NCBI RefSeq assembly: GCF_006345805.1
Contig: NC_043000.1
Coordinates: forward strand, 1,612,001-1,676,000
From: Octopus sinensis
Lineage: Eukaryota
Direction of reading: 5' to 3'
Length of the DNA: 64,000 bases
In this document: one piece after another, positions 12,071 to 25,562 of the stretch
Numbering within the stretch: the first letter of the stretch is position 1
How the letters are laid out: the number at the start of each line of letters is the position of its first letter
Made by a program: the position numbers and the translations under genes
The notes under the pieces: model-generated
Told to the model about the DNA's origin: nothing
Databases searched by the model: none
The model's input: only the letters and a program-made list of their open reading frames with translations

Positions 12071-12799
12071 TCAAAGACTTCAATCTAAGACTAACATTTT
12101 ATGGATGAACCGTTAGCACGCCGGGCGAAATGCGTAGCTGTATTTCGTCTGCCGTTACGTTCTGAGTTCAAATTCCGCCGAGGTCGACTTTACCTTTCAT
12201 CCTTTCGAGGTCGATAAATTAAGTACCAGTTACGCACTGGGGTCGATATAATCAACTTAATACCTATGTCTGTTCTTGTTTGTCCCCTCTATGTTTAGCC
12301 CCTTGTGGGTAATAAAGAAATAGGATTATTATTATACACCTCACGCTCACGCATGCACTTACACATTGACTGATACACAGAATCAGAATATTGATACAAA
12401 GGTTAATGGGTAAGCCCAGGTAACTGTTGGACTGGGTTATAAGAATGGAAATTCTCAGGTCAGTCTGTTAAGGGCTCCATATGGTGAGGTAAACTGAGAT
12501 TATGTCGAATAAAATATTCTGTTCAGAAATTGATGCCAGGGGTGGATTTGAACTCATCTACTGAGAAATACTCCAGATGCATGTATCTATGTGTGTGTTT
12601 GTGTATGTATATATATTTACACACACACAGACATGCAATGGGTTTCTGTACAATTTCCTTCAACAAAACTTTACTCAAAAGCCATTGGTCAACCCAAGGA
12701 CATAAAAGACACTTGGTCAAGGGCCCACAGTGGAATTGAACCCATAATCATATGATTGCAAAGTGAACTTTTAACTATATGCACATGCTTGAATGTGTG

Positions 12800-12836
12800 A
12801 GAGTGTATGTGTATGTATGTATGTATGTACATAAGT

Positions 12837-12901
<65 letters not shown>

Positions 12902-12989
12902 AAGATAGGTAGGTAGGTAGGTAGGTAGGTAGGTAGGTAGGTAGAGAGATAGATAGACAGATAGATAGATAGATAGATAGGTAGGTAGG

Positions 12990-13022
<33 letters not shown>
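12800..13022. repeat. (TATG)n/(TAGA)n/(TAGG)n compound microsatellite
   Basis: Direct inspection. Confidence 0.95.
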
Positions 13023-13023
<1 letters not shown>

Positions 13024-13794
13024 TGACAATGAAAGAGGTGCACTGCTTGCCAGCAAGCTATGGTGTGTTGTGGCATTCATATTTTTCTCATAAAAATAGT
13101 GAGGTAACTGATGTGAAATTAGAGAACTTATTTCCTTAAATTTATAGCCATAGCCCAGAATATTTAATCCCTATTGCATGCATTGCTCAAAGATATTCTT
13201 TCTGTTGCCTGTTTCCTTTATTTTGACCTTGATGGCACCTTACTGTTTAGAGGACATCTTTAGGGTTGAGAGGCTTGTTTAAATAATACAGTTCAAGTAG
13301 AATTCAGAGGATAGTTTAAGTGATACAGCTTAAGTAGACTGTAGGGAAATCACTTATCGTTTCCGATGTGTATTTTTATATTTCATGTGAAGCAGTAGGA
13401 GATCAAATCACAAGTAGGGAGTGAGAGAGTGGCTGTGGGAGAATTAGGAAGAGACAAAGTGTCTATTATTCTCTCTGACTATATAGCTAAGGCATTGTTT
13501 CCAGCTCTCTTTCTCTCTCTTTTCCTCTATCATTCCACACCCACCCACCCACACACACATATATTTTACTCATACATGGAGGGAAAATACTTGTGGGGAA
13601 AAGGACAAAAGACAGAAACAGAGCAAGAAATTGGGGTTAGGTAAAGAAACAGGGAAAGAGAAGATGCATTGGACAATTCAGTCCCTATCATGCAAAAAAA
13701 AAAAAAAAACAACAAGGGAAAAGAAACAGGATGGTCATGATTGGAATGCCTTTGTTCACAAATCTATTCAATCATGGCTGATCTGGAGCTAAAA

Positions 13795-14165
13795 TAAAAT
13801 CATCATCATCACCATCATTTAATGCCTGTTTTCCATGCTGGCAAGGGTCGGACGGTTTGACAGGAGCTGCCCAGCCAGAGATTTGTCCAGGTCCCAAATG
13901 TCAGTTTTGGCATGATTTCTATGGCTGGATGCCCTTCTTAATGCCAACCACTTTACAGAAGGTATTGGGTGTGTTTTTTTTATGTGGCACCAGCACGTGT
14001 GCCTTTATGTGGCACCAGCACAGGTGCTTTTATGTGGGACCAGAACGAGTGCTTTTGAGTGGCACTAGCATGGGTGCTTGTAGGGGGACCGTCCCAGGTG
14101 CATCTACATGGCACCAGCATATGTGCTTCTATGTAGCACTGACATGGATGCTAATTCCTGGTCAG
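13795..14165 (-). mobile_element. Same retroposon family with (ATG)n tail and short internal tandem units
   Basis: catcatcatc tail and ctggatgcccttc motif. Confidence 0.65.
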
Positions 14166-14289
14166 TGTGTGAATGTAAGAGACAGTGAGAGAGAGAGAGA
14201 GAGAAAGAGTTAAGGATGTGAGGATGAGATATATACAGAGAGAGAGAGTTATATTTGTGTGGTATTTAACTCTAAATAAGCCCAGATCA

Positions 14290-14730
14290 ACTTGATCTAT
14301 GATCAAAGGTATTTAAATATTTTGACCATCCTGTCTTTTAGTATATCAGGAGTAAATTATCCTCCTTTATTTAAGACAGCAGAATGTGATTTGAAGCAAA
14401 ATTGGACACAGTTTCTAACCAGTCATGTACACTGCAACATAATTTCTTTTCCTCAACAGGCCCTGCCCTATTTAACATTGTCCCGAGGGAGATCAAAGAG
14501 GAAAAGGATTCCATCAACTTTAAACAGAGTCTGGATAGATTCCTTCAAAGAATACCAGATAAGCCACCCATAATTGGATACAACTCACCCAATAAGAACT
14601 CACTACTTGAACAAAACTGGATACAACTCACCCAACAAGGACTCACTACTTGAACAAAACTTGACTTAAACAGGATTCGAATAATCCTATCAGGTGGTGC
14701 TATTAAGTTAGACATGGCCTGGACCAATCT
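14290..14730 (+). mobile_element. CR1/L2-group LINE ORF2 C-terminal fragment
   Basis: FSSTGPALFNIVPREIK..FKQSLDRFLQRIPDKP..GYNSPNKNSLL; contains a ~43-bp tandem duplication near 14579-14665. Confidence 0.7.
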
Positions 14731-14942
14731 TTGGTCGAAACATATCTAAGTTTATCTAAGTCACACAACCACAAAGTGGCTGCTCGTTATCTCAAGAGTG
14801 AAATAATTGGTAAGTCCTTCTTATTGAAAATTTCAACTATTATGGTATACTAGCTACCCAAACCAGTGAGCCATGTGTATCAACCAATGAATAGTGGTAA
14901 TGAAGAAGATGGGATTTTGAATGCTCAACGCAAGATACTTAC

Positions 14943-14986
14943 TTCTTCCTGGATGTATACGTCATCATGGTCATCTTCATCGATAT
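14943..14986 (-). CDS. HDHD5: Probable 44-nt acidic N-terminal exon of the HDHD5-like gene
   Basis: ttattccttcgtag acceptor and GTAAGT donor. Phase 1 start, encodes (D/H)IDEDDHDDVYIQEE, ends phase 0, which fits the phase-0 acceptor at 6281. Confidence 0.65.
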
Positions 14987-16314
14987 CTACGAAGGAATAA
15001 AATAATTAATAATAATAATAATGTTTTCTTTATTAACCCCTAAGGGCTCACAAAAATTACTGGGCACAGTACAATGCAATGTGGTGTAACACAAAAGGTA
15101 TGTGAAAAGTAAAAAAAACTAGAAAAATATAAATTTTAACAATGAATGATTCCCCAAAAAAGGGAGATTTCCTAAGGTTGCTTGTGGAAACCTCACAAAA
15201 CCAAGAAGGCCTGACCACTGGAGCAAGTGTCCTCTTTATATCGTCAACAGCAGGTGCATGTAAAGAGTAGGCCCGATCACTTGGACTGTTCTTGCCATAT
15301 TCACCAGCTTTACAACAAAATTGCTGGGAGGCAGCACTTTTCTCTCTACCTTCACTTCCCTTTTCAAATGGAAGTTCAAAAAATTTATGAGGGCTTGGCT
15401 AAAGAGGAAAGTTTCTATCCCTCTGAAACATTGATATTCACTAATGTGACACAGAATATACTGTGACACGTAGACATATAGTTATGATACAAACTATGTT
15501 GTAACATATCAACAAGACCATGGCATTAAGGGTATCATAACAGAAGTTATACTGGGATACACTTGGCCTGGGTATGACTTTAAACTGCATCTGAAAGTAG
15601 TGCTCTGGTTTGGGAGTCTAGGGTTTTGAGGAGTGTGGAACTGCATCTTAGCCACTATTGATTCCAGTTCTGGAGAAGTAGCATTTGTCAAGGTCCTAGT
15701 TATGGATTAATTAGCATATTAGGGCTTCTTTGCTTGTCTATGAGAAGACTGGAACCAGCAGACTCGGCAGAAGAAGCCTTAATGGTTCAATAGGGGTAAG
15801 AGGGAAGGTAGCTGTAGCAATGCATTGTGGAGTGCAGAGAGCAAGATGAGGCAAATAAGACCTGTTGGTCATCCATTACCTCTATCACCATTCCCTGTCG
15901 GCTTGACTGAAGCTGGTCATGGACTAGGCAGTGATTCCCAAAGTGAGTGATATTGTCTCCCTGGTGGCAGTGGAAAGTTCCACGGAGGGTGTTGAAGAAA
16001 AGTGGGGCGATAATGGGGTAGTGATTCATGTAAAAACAACAAAATAATGAGCTTTATTTGTGAAATAGTTGCTTTGAATTTGCTTCAGAAAGAGGTCTAT
16101 GTTTGTGAGGGTTAGTTGGGGGTGCTGTCACTAGGAATGTGGCCTAGGTATCAAGGGAATGGGGGCCCAAAAAAGTTTGGGAACCACCAGACTAGAAAGT
16201 AAGGTTGATGAAGCATGACTCCCCTTCACTTTAAACAAAGTCACTGCAGAAAGCAGTCAGCCTAAACCCTTTAGCATTGAGATTACTCTATCAAGTATAA
16301 TTCTTATTTATACA

Positions 16315-16705
16315 CATTACTCTTTACTCTTTTACTTGTTTCAGTCATTTGACTGCGACCATGCTGGAGCACCACCTTTAGTCGAGCAAATCGACCCCGG
16401 GACTTATTCTTTGTAAGCCCAGTACTTATTCTATCGGTCTCTTTTGCTGAACCGCTAAGTGACGGGGACGTAAACACACCAGCATCGGTTGTCAAGCAAC
16501 GCTAGGGGGACAAACACAGACACACACACGCATATATACATATATACGACAGGCTTCTTTCAGTTTCCGTCTACCAAATCACTCACAAGGCATTGGTCGG
16601 CCCGGGGCTATAGCAGAAGACACTTGCCCAAGATGCCACGCAGTGGGACTGAACCCGGAACCATGTGGTCGGTTAGCAAGCTACTTACCACACAGCCACA
16701 CACTG
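16315..16705 (-). mobile_element. Family B SINE
   Basis: Reverse complement of the 6898 copy. Confidence 0.9.
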
Positions 16706-16980
16706 TTTTCAATTAATTATACATGACCTCAAACCTTTGAAATTTTGATGATGCGATAGTTTACTTTTGGAATGACATTGTATTAAAGGCCAGATCAGGC
16801 CAGTTTGAACATAAAGCATGTGGAGTAGTTGGGCCAGATGTGGCCAGAGTTAAGGATGGCTAAATGGTCCATGTCACTCCGATGAAGGAACACATACTGC
16901 GATACAGTGATACACAGATATAGCTATCATTAAATGATTCATTGATATATGGTCATGTCACTAAAGTTACTTAACTGTGA

Positions 16981-17144
16981 CATAATGTACCATTTGACAG
17001 ACTGACATATTCATATAATTGAAGTTGTAGTTGCTGTGACACAGAGTATATTGTGACACACACATAATGTACCATTTGACAGACCGACATATTCATATAA
17101 TTGAAGTTGTAGCTGCAGTGACACAGAGTATATTGTGACATATC
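16981..17144. repeat. 82-bp tandem duplication
   Basis: cataatgtaccatttgacagac.gacatattcatataattgaagttgtag.. repeated twice. Confidence 0.9.
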
Positions 17145-17804
17145 CAGAAGATGGTCTTGTCCTTAAGGCGATCGTCATTGTGACATGGGGTACGTTGTGA
17201 CACTTTGACGTGGCTGTATAATTGACTTTGCCATAGCAAATGAAGGAGGATGTATCAGGAAAACTTTTTATGGCACGAGGTGCCTTGAAACACATTGTAA
17301 TTAAACACACACACACACACACACACGCATATGCACACATGAACACAACACTGAAACAATCCACAAATTATGTTGGTATGTGTGTGTGTGTGTGTGTGTG
17401 TGTAGGTGTTGATGGTGGCGACAGGGCAATGAGCTTGGCCTGCTCTCAGTATCCACCGATGTTCTACTTATCGTATTTGACGCAGAAAGGTTTGAACTCG
17501 TAACATTGGCAAATATAGGACGGTTACATAACGTAAGGAGATAAGAGGCGGGGATGAGGAGTAATGAAGAGAGGGTAGTAAGGAAGATAAGAATGGGGGG
17601 GGGAGAGGAGGTAGAGTTGAAGAAGGAAAGAGGAGCCGTTTGGAAAGGAAGGGAGTAGAAAAGGTGAGAGTGAAGTTAGGAAGAGGGGAAAGAGTGGGAT
17701 TGTTATGAGAAAGAGTTTTAGATAAGAGAGAAAATGATGGGAGTTGATAAGGGAGAGTATAAGAGGGTCGATGATAGATGAGCAGAGCAAGGGCGTAGAG
17801 GGAT

Positions 17805-18110
17805 GAGAAAGAAAGGAAGGAAGGAAGAAAGAGAGATGAGAAAGAAAGAAAGGAAGAAAGAAGGAAAGAAAGAAAGAAAGGACGAAAGAAAGAAAGAAAT
17901 AAAGAAAGAAAGAACGAACGAAAGAAAGAAAGGAAGAAAGAAAGAACGAACGAAAGAAAGAAAGGAAGAAGAAAGGACGAACAAAGAAGGAATAACGAAA
18001 GAGAACGAAAGAAAGAAAGAACTAACTAAAGACGAGAACGAAAGAAACGAAGATAGGAAAAAGAAAGAACGAAAGAAAGAAATGAAGAAAGAAAGAAAGA
18101 AATGGAAAGA
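17805..18110. repeat. (GAAA)n purine-rich low-complexity tract
   Basis: Direct inspection. Confidence 0.95.
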
Positions 18111-18427
18111 AGCGAGAGAGATAAGGGAAGAATGGAGAGATAAGATAGGAGAAAGGAGAGGAATATGGTGATGAAGGGATTAGGAGAGTCGAGGTTTAGG
18201 GTAGGGAATGGTCGGCATGAAGATTGTTTACGACGTAATGGTCACTAAATAGATGTAGAGTAGTATTGTTATGTATTGGTATGCGGTGCGGATGTACCTA
18301 TGTATAATTGTTATGTATGTCGCGTACAAACAGCTGACTGCAACAACAAGCTAACTACACCACGGCACACGGGCCACATTAAGGTACACTACAGTACAGC
18401 TAACTATACAGGTTTAACTCAACTTAC

Positions 18428-18533
18428 GTCGTTTTGAGTTAAAGTTCCTCCCCCCCCGACTTAACGTCATTTTAAAGAAATAAACCTCAACTCCCGTCGA
18501 TTTATGCGACTTCGCGTTGGTCATCGTTAACAT
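18428..18533 (-). CDS. HDHD5: Candidate first coding exon B of the HDHD5-like gene
   Basis: In-frame ATGs at 18533 and 18470 (aaaATG); MLTMTNAKSHKSTGVEVYFFKMTLSRGGRNFNSKR plus 1 nt, then GTAAGT. Phase 1 fits the 14986 acceptor; lies in apparently unique, CpG-containing sequence. Confidence 0.5.
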
Positions 18534-19784
18534 ATTTAGAATCAACAACAAAAATAAAAATTCCTAGAAGACCAACACTGAAGTGGAACGTCAAATGAAA
18601 GACATAAAATTATGTACAAACTATTTGTTTTAAAAGTTTATAAGTTTTTTTAATGCTTTTTCGTGTTACGTCTTGGAACTAATTTCCGACGTAAATTGAG
18701 GTATACTTTTGCCAAGGTACAGCAGAGTGAGCTATGATGCACTAGCACTTACTGTATTCTTAGTGCATTTACTAGTGCTGTCATTGTTATTTAACCTAAG
18801 ATGAACCCTGATCAAGACGTTCCAGTCGTGACCATTCCATATTTATTTTCAAGTTAGTCTATTGAGAAAGAACTAAATTATTCAGTGTCTTTTCGTTTGT
18901 TTTGAAGACGTTATACTGTGACTTGAAGAAGATTTAGCTGCCATTTCTAGCAAGTTGATGACAGTGGTGGCAGTAGAAGTGTTTTTATTATTCAGTCTCA
19001 TGTCAGCCTTGATCGAGCAGACTTATGATCACAGGCGTTCCAGCAATGACCGTCCAGTGTTTCCGTATATACCCTGTGTCTCTTCGTTTTTTAAGACAGT
19101 GGAGTGTATCTAAAAGATTTTGGCTGCTATTTCTAACAGGACAAGCGATCGCATAGATGCTCCGTGTGGTTGTTTATCTAGAGGTCGACCCTAATCAAGC
19201 AAACCTATAATCAAAGGCATTCCAGTCGTGACAATCACGTCTTATTCCTATGTGGGTCACCTATCGCAGACGTTCGCCGTGCAGCCGACTTAATCCGTTT
19301 GTCTGTCCTTGTTTGTCCTCTCTGTGTTTAGCCCCTTGGGGATAGTAAAGAAATAGTTCGCCGTGCAGGGAACCCAGAATTTCATTATCCAATGAGTTGT
19401 TATTCCAAGACGGTGTGATGTCAAATAAAGGAGATTTGGCTGCTATTTCTAGCATGTGAAGCAACAATGCAGCAACTCTCTCATCACGTCCTTGTTGTTA
19501 TGATGATGATTATTATTAAGGCAGAGAGGGCGGCGAGCTGGCAGAATTGTTAAGCAACGCCGGGCGTAATGCTCAGCGGCATTTAGTTTGTCTTCATGTT
19601 CTGAGTTCAAATCCCGCCGAGGTCGACTTTAATTTCGGGGTCGATAAAATAAGTACCAGTTGTGCACTGGAGTCGATGTAATCACTTTATCTACTCCCCA
19701 CCCCCACCCAAACTTGCTGGCCTTGTACCAAAATTTGAAATCCATTGTTATTATTATTATTAGTAGTAGTAGTAGTATTAGGGC

Positions 19785-20150
19785 AGCGAGCTGGCAGAAT
19801 CGTTAGCGCGTTGGACAAAATGCTTAGCGGTATTTCGCCCGTCGTTACGTTCTGAGTTCAAATTCCGCCGAGGTCGACTTTACCTTTCATCCTTCCGGGG
19901 TCGATAAATTAAGTACCAGTTACGCACTGGGGTCGATGTAATCGACTTAATACATATGTCTGTACTTGTTTGTCCCCTCTGTGTTTAGCCCCTTGTGGGT
20001 AGTAAAGAAATAGGTATTTTGCCCGTCGTTACGTTCTGAGTTCAAATTCCGCCGAGGTCGACTTTGCCTTTCATTCCTTTCGGGGTCGACAAAATGAGTA
20101 CCAGCTGAACACTGGGGTCGATGTAATCGACTCATCCCCACCTCACCCAA
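19785..20150 (+). mobile_element. Family A SINE dimer (another copy at ~19530-19740)
   Basis: ggcagcgagctggcagaatcgttagc head, gttcaaattcc B box, repeated body. Confidence 0.88.
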
Positions 20151-20316
20151 ACTGCCCTTGTGGCAAAAAATATTTGAAATTATTATTATTAGTGGTAGTA
20201 GTAGACCGCAGATCTAGTTGACCTACGATCAAGTATGTTCCAGCCGTGCCTATCCTACTTTTCAATTAGACATAATGTATCTCAGATTATAATATATACT
20301 CCATTTATTATTATTA

Positions 20317-20351
<35 letters not shown>

Positions 20352-20941
20352 GTGATGAGAGAGCAGCATGCATGCCATCAAAGTGACACTGGGGTAAAAT
20401 ATACGAAGCCCAGTATACCCATCATGACTACTCGTCTGATAAGGGTACACAGGCACATGCATCACAACCATATGTGCGCGACATGGTGATCTCATATCAA
20501 GATAAACAGCACATGAACCTGCAGGTGGGGCCCAGTTAGAATTTTCTTCTTCAGGTTGGGTAGCCCATCCCGCTCAAAAGGTCCCTGAATAAGGGTTGTT
20601 TAAGGATGTTGAAAGAACCACCCATGTTTCCAGAGGTGAATTATTCAAACCCCAAAGAATCCCTATTATTATTATTATTATTATTATTATTAAGATTCTC
20701 AGGATGGAATTTTGAAAGGGCATTTGGGGGGGTTCACTGCTCACCAGATCAACACCTTCCAGCCAGGACACTTGACTTTTTTATTCAGTCATACAATATA
20801 TATAAAGGACTACGATATTCAGCAAGCCATTCTCTTTCCCCCTGTTTTCTTACCTTTTTTTTAAAAAAGGAAAATATAAGTGTAATTTGAGGGAGAAACT
20901 ATCCCGTCATCGGCACCACCACCACCACCACCACCACCGCC

Positions 20942-20987
<46 letters not shown>

Positions 20988-21581
20988 TCACAGTGGAGGT
21001 TAAAATAGCTTAGGCACCCTAATTGGCGAGGAAGGGCTTGTAAACTAAACTGCATCAGCAAAAAAATAGGTGAACGGTTTTGTTTATGTTTTCACGAACA
21101 ACCATAACAGTAACAACAACAATAACAAGTTGAGAAATAACAGCGATAACAAAAAAAAAACAGAACGGTGAAAGCGATAACTTATGTAACAGAAAAAAAA
21201 GTAGGACAGATGTAAAAATGTAGTAAACAACATACTCACACACTCACATATATACATACATACATATACATATAAGTATGTATACACACACTCATAGACA
21301 TGAGTGCACATATACTCACACATATCTGTATGTATGTATATATATATATAATATATATATATATAAAATTGTATGGATAATACCGTACTAAATTCTGGTG
21401 TCTTAACTTAAGTACCATATTCATCTGAATCTATCTATCTATCTATCCATATCTATCTATCTATACTATCTAACTATCCAATCTATCTATCTATCTAACT
21501 ATCCTATCTATCTATCTAACTATCCATATCTATCTATCTATATATATATATATTATATATAATATATATATTATATATATA

Positions 21582-21633
<52 letters not shown>

Positions 21634-21811
21634 TTTATTTAAAAGCAGCAGAGAATTCAACAAAAGCTCTATTACTTCTACCTCTGGTATCTGAGTACTC
21701 TTTTTTCCACCTTGTTTCACATTTATGTGTTTACTCCGTATATATATATATTATATAAATACATGCGAATTATACACATACATATATACCATACACGCAC
21801 GAGCGCGCATG

Positions 21812-21877
<66 letters not shown>

Positions 21878-23628
21878 TATATAAACACCTATATATAAAC
21901 ACATCGATGAATGTAAGAATAACTACAGCAAATTTACTTTTTATTGTAATTGTTTCATCGAAGACGGAGTCTTTGGATCCGCTAGTAACACATTCTAGCC
22001 AATCGTGGTGCAATCAGTTCTTCCACCAACGCTACCAACCCCGCAAGTGACATGGTTCCATTCCATCTGTTTACCTTAATTTTTGGTAAACATGATCCAA
22101 ACCTAGCTATATGACGTATACCGACCTCTTTAACCTATTGTTATAATTGTTTTGTACAAGGCTGTACCTGATCATCGAACACACAATGCCATTCCCCTTT
22201 CTATTTAAAGACTGTGTGATTTTTACATTTTTATCTTTTTAACTTATTTTAGTCGTTGGACTGTGACCATTGCTGATTTTTGGTCGAACAAATCAACTCT
22301 AGTATTTATTGTTATTATTATTAATAAGTCTGGCGTTATCAGACCCTTTTGCAAGAACCGCTACGTTAGAGAAACGTAAACAAACGAACACCTGTTGTCA
22401 AGCGGCAGAGGCGGACAAACACAGCACAGACACACGCGCGAATATACATACATACATATATTGTATAGAGGGCATTATTACACATAAATGCCTCACACTA
22501 AGAGGGACATAAGTCATTACTACCAAAATTTCACTAATCGTACCCAATGCAGTTTTCAAAGCAGGACATTTAAAAAATGAATTTATATATAAAGAGAGAA
22601 AATCAGCGGGCTTCTTTTAGTTTCTGTTTACAACAAAGCATTAGTCGGCCCAGGTCTATAATAGAAGAAAGTTGCCGCATAGCGGACTGAACCCATGGCC
22701 ACATGATTGGGAAGCAAGCTTCTTACCCACACAGCCATGCCTGCAGTATATTATGATTTATGTTATGCTATTGCTTTTTAGACTTAGGTTAGCTTTGATT
22801 AAGGCGCAGGCCTGTTATCAAAGATAATCCAGCCACGACCATTCTTTTAAAAAATATATCAAGGACTTATATTATTTTATTTTCCACTAAATGTATGATT
22901 TTTGTGTGACATCAAAGATTTAGCTACTATTACTAGCAGGTACGTAAGCACAGAGCTTCCTCGGTGGCTGGTCGTTATTGCTTCAATACGAAACCAAACT
23001 ATTAAGAAGTTAGTTCGCTTCGCAAACGTGAGGCCCCAATTGCGATTCTACTGCAATTGCACCGTATCTTTTCACTATCCCCTTAGGTTGACCTCCACCC
23101 TGTGAATGACATAAGATAGTCGCGTAGACGGAAAATGTGGAAGACCGTCGGTCCGAGTTTTGGAATAGCCCCACGAAGTCCCGCATGAAAGGGTGTTTTT
23201 GGGGGGTTTTTTTTCGCGTGGTGAAGTGGAGAGTCTGTTTTATATTTTTTGTAATATTCCTTTTTTTTTACAAAAATTTCCATTTTTTTTTTCTGTTTTT
23301 ATTCTCCCACTTACCTACCCTTTTCCTTTCTTCCAAATCTCATCCATCGGCTAAGACCATCCTTGTTACCATGCCCGTCGCTAAGGGGGTGCACCGGACG
23401 GCACTGCCCCCACAATATTCAATAGTACACACTCAGATTTACAGTGATACACTTATTTCGAAACTCCACTTTAGCATTACTACAAATTAATGTCCACCCA
23501 GAATATTCTGAGGACCCCTAGGCACCAAAGCCGTTTCTTACACAACGCAACGATACGGTTATTCTGTTAGATCATTACATTACACATACAAGCGTCTTCG
23601 GAACAATCATCCGTTTACCACTATAAGT

Positions 23629-23937
23629 GTGGAGGCGCAATGGCCCAGTGGTTACGTAGCGGACTCGCGGTCGGAGGATCGCAGTTTCGATTACCAGGCC
23701 GGGCGTTGTGTGTGTTTATTGAGCGAAAACACCTAAAAACTACACGAAGCTCCGGCAGGGGCTGGTGGCGACCCCTGTTGTACTCTTTCGTCGCAACTTT
23801 CTCTCACTCTCTCTTCCTGTTTCTTGAGTAACGCTGCGATGGACTGGCGTCCCGTCCAGCTGGGGGGGGGGGACAGATACGCCACAGAAACCGGGAAAGC
23901 GGGCCCATGAGCCTGGCTAGACTTGAAATGGGCGACG
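23629..23937 (+). mobile_element. Full-length tRNA-derived SINE (family C)
   Basis: A box tggcccagtgg, B-box-like gtttcgattacc; 14-bp TSD ttaccactataagt at 23615-23628 and 23938-23951. Confidence 0.9.
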
Positions 23938-24594
23938 TTACCACTATAAGTCACCCAGTACCTATTTCTTTACTACCCACAAGGGGCTAAACATAGAAGG
24001 GACAAACAAGGACAGACAAACGGATTAAGTCGATTATATCGACTCCAGTGCGTAACTGGTACTTAATTTATCGACCCCGAAAGGATGAAAGGTAAAGTCG
24101 ACCTCGGCGGAATTTGAACTCACAACGTAACGGCAGACGAAATACGTTTCTGCCAGCTCGCCGCAGTACCGTCTTAAGGCATAAACACACTGGCAGTTGC
24201 CCGGGAGCCTCATGGGTCTAGGGAGTCCAATTTCGATCTACGTATGATGTAACTTGGCTGTTAATAAATAAATAAATAAATACAACAGGGCTCAATACAC
24301 TGGTATGTCCACGGGTGGGGGTAGGCGTTATGATACTGTTAAGACGGCTCTGAATTCACTGAACAGGTAGTCCCATGTGATCGAATCAGTGAAATTATTC
24401 ATCGTGAAAAATCGAAGAAAATCTATTTGCTTGTATATTTTACATGAATGTTATAAACGAGGGTATGTTTGGGTTTATCTGTATGTATTTGATCAATGTG
24501 CATGTGTTATTGTTATACAGAAGTTGATAGAGAAGGTGACGTGTGTGTGTGTGTGTGTGTGTATGCACATATATATGTGTGTATATATATATTA

Positions 24595-24666
24595 GGCGGA
24601 GGTAGTGTTCGGCGTAGCAAAAACCCTAACCCCTAACCACCGAGTGTACGAATTCTTTCCTTCGCC
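24595..24666 (-). mobile_element. Short second copy of the telomere-repeat MITE, opposite orientation
   Basis: ggcggaggtag..ttcggcgta..ccctaacccctaacc..gaattctttccttcgcc; homologous ends to 10121-10293. Confidence 0.6.
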
Positions 24667-24671
24667 TCGAT

Positions 24672-24707
24672 AGCTAGCTAGCTAGCTAGCTAGATAGATA
24701 GATAGAT

Positions 24708-24782
<75 letters not shown>

Positions 24783-24818
24783 GATAGATAGATAGATAGA
24801 TAAGATAGATAGATAGAT

Positions 24819-24898
<80 letters not shown>
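24672..24898. repeat. (TAGA)n microsatellite
   Basis: Direct inspection. Confidence 0.95.
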
Positions 24899-25151
24899 GT
24901 GTAGTGTTCCGTTATCGGTGGGGTGACACTCTAAACAAGCTAGTCCAACTCTTGCACTAACAGCTCCCATTTAAATCCTGTTTTATTAATGAATATTTAT
25001 CTATCGCTGGATGATGTACTTTTTTCTTATCCCACTTTTTTCTAAGATTATATAAATGTGTGTGTGTGCGTATCAATGTATGTAGGTATGCGTGTATGTA
25101 TGTAGGTATGCGTGTATGTATGCATGTAAGTATGAAATCAAAACAACTTAC

Positions 25152-25254
25152 CAAGTTGATGAAGGTTCCGATTTAAAATGTTGACATTGGCATTATTGGC
25201 GTTGTTGGCATTATTGGCGTTTATAGAATTGGCGTTGAGTAACAAGTCTTTCAT
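25152..25254 (-). CDS. HDHD5: Candidate first coding exon A of the HDHD5-like gene (Asn/Ala-rich N-terminus)
   Basis: acaATG start; MKDLLLNANSINANNANNANNANVNILNRNLHQL plus 1 nt, then GTAAGT. Phase 1 fits the 14986 acceptor; TATA and CCAAT boxes lie upstream. Confidence 0.6.
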
Positions 25255-25477
25255 TGTAAACAATCGGTTCTAAGTTTGGTTTTTGTTTCTTTTTAAAAGA
25301 AAAACCCACAGACACTGTAGAAAATACTTTCTAGTTCTGGAGGTTTGTTAGTTTAAGTCACTTGAAGATGGAAAGGTTGCGTAGTTGTGTTGTTTAGTTT
25401 CTTGTTTAAGTTTCTTTGTGGTTTGTAGTTCTGTGTAGTTCAAAAGTTCTTATGAACAGAAAAAGGCGCAGGCCGTG

Positions 25478-25562
25478 TTTATATTGCAAACCCCTGGTCC
25501 CTCCCTACTGGCTTCCAGAGCACATGGCAAATGCCTGATGCCAGCGAGCAATTTGATTGGCT
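25478..25562 (-). promoter_or_regulatory. TATA + CCAAT core promoter for candidate exon A
   Basis: Minus strand reads cagCCAATcaaa (25556-25560), then caaTATAAAcac (25478-25483), then a CA-rich leader leading to the ATG at 25254. Confidence 0.55.

Noticed and set aside
14761-14808. Plus-strand mini-exon HNHKVAARYLKSEII ending at GTAAGT
   Set aside because: Weak acceptor, no partner exons found, and directly adjacent to a LINE 3' end.
15200-17364. ORFs at 15509-15691, 15787-16029 and 17011-17364 as exons
   Set aside because: No recognisable homology or convincing paired splice sites; stops occur in alternative frames.
23629-23710. tRNA gene
   Set aside because: It is the tRNA-derived head of a TSD-flanked SINE; the acceptor stem is not intact.
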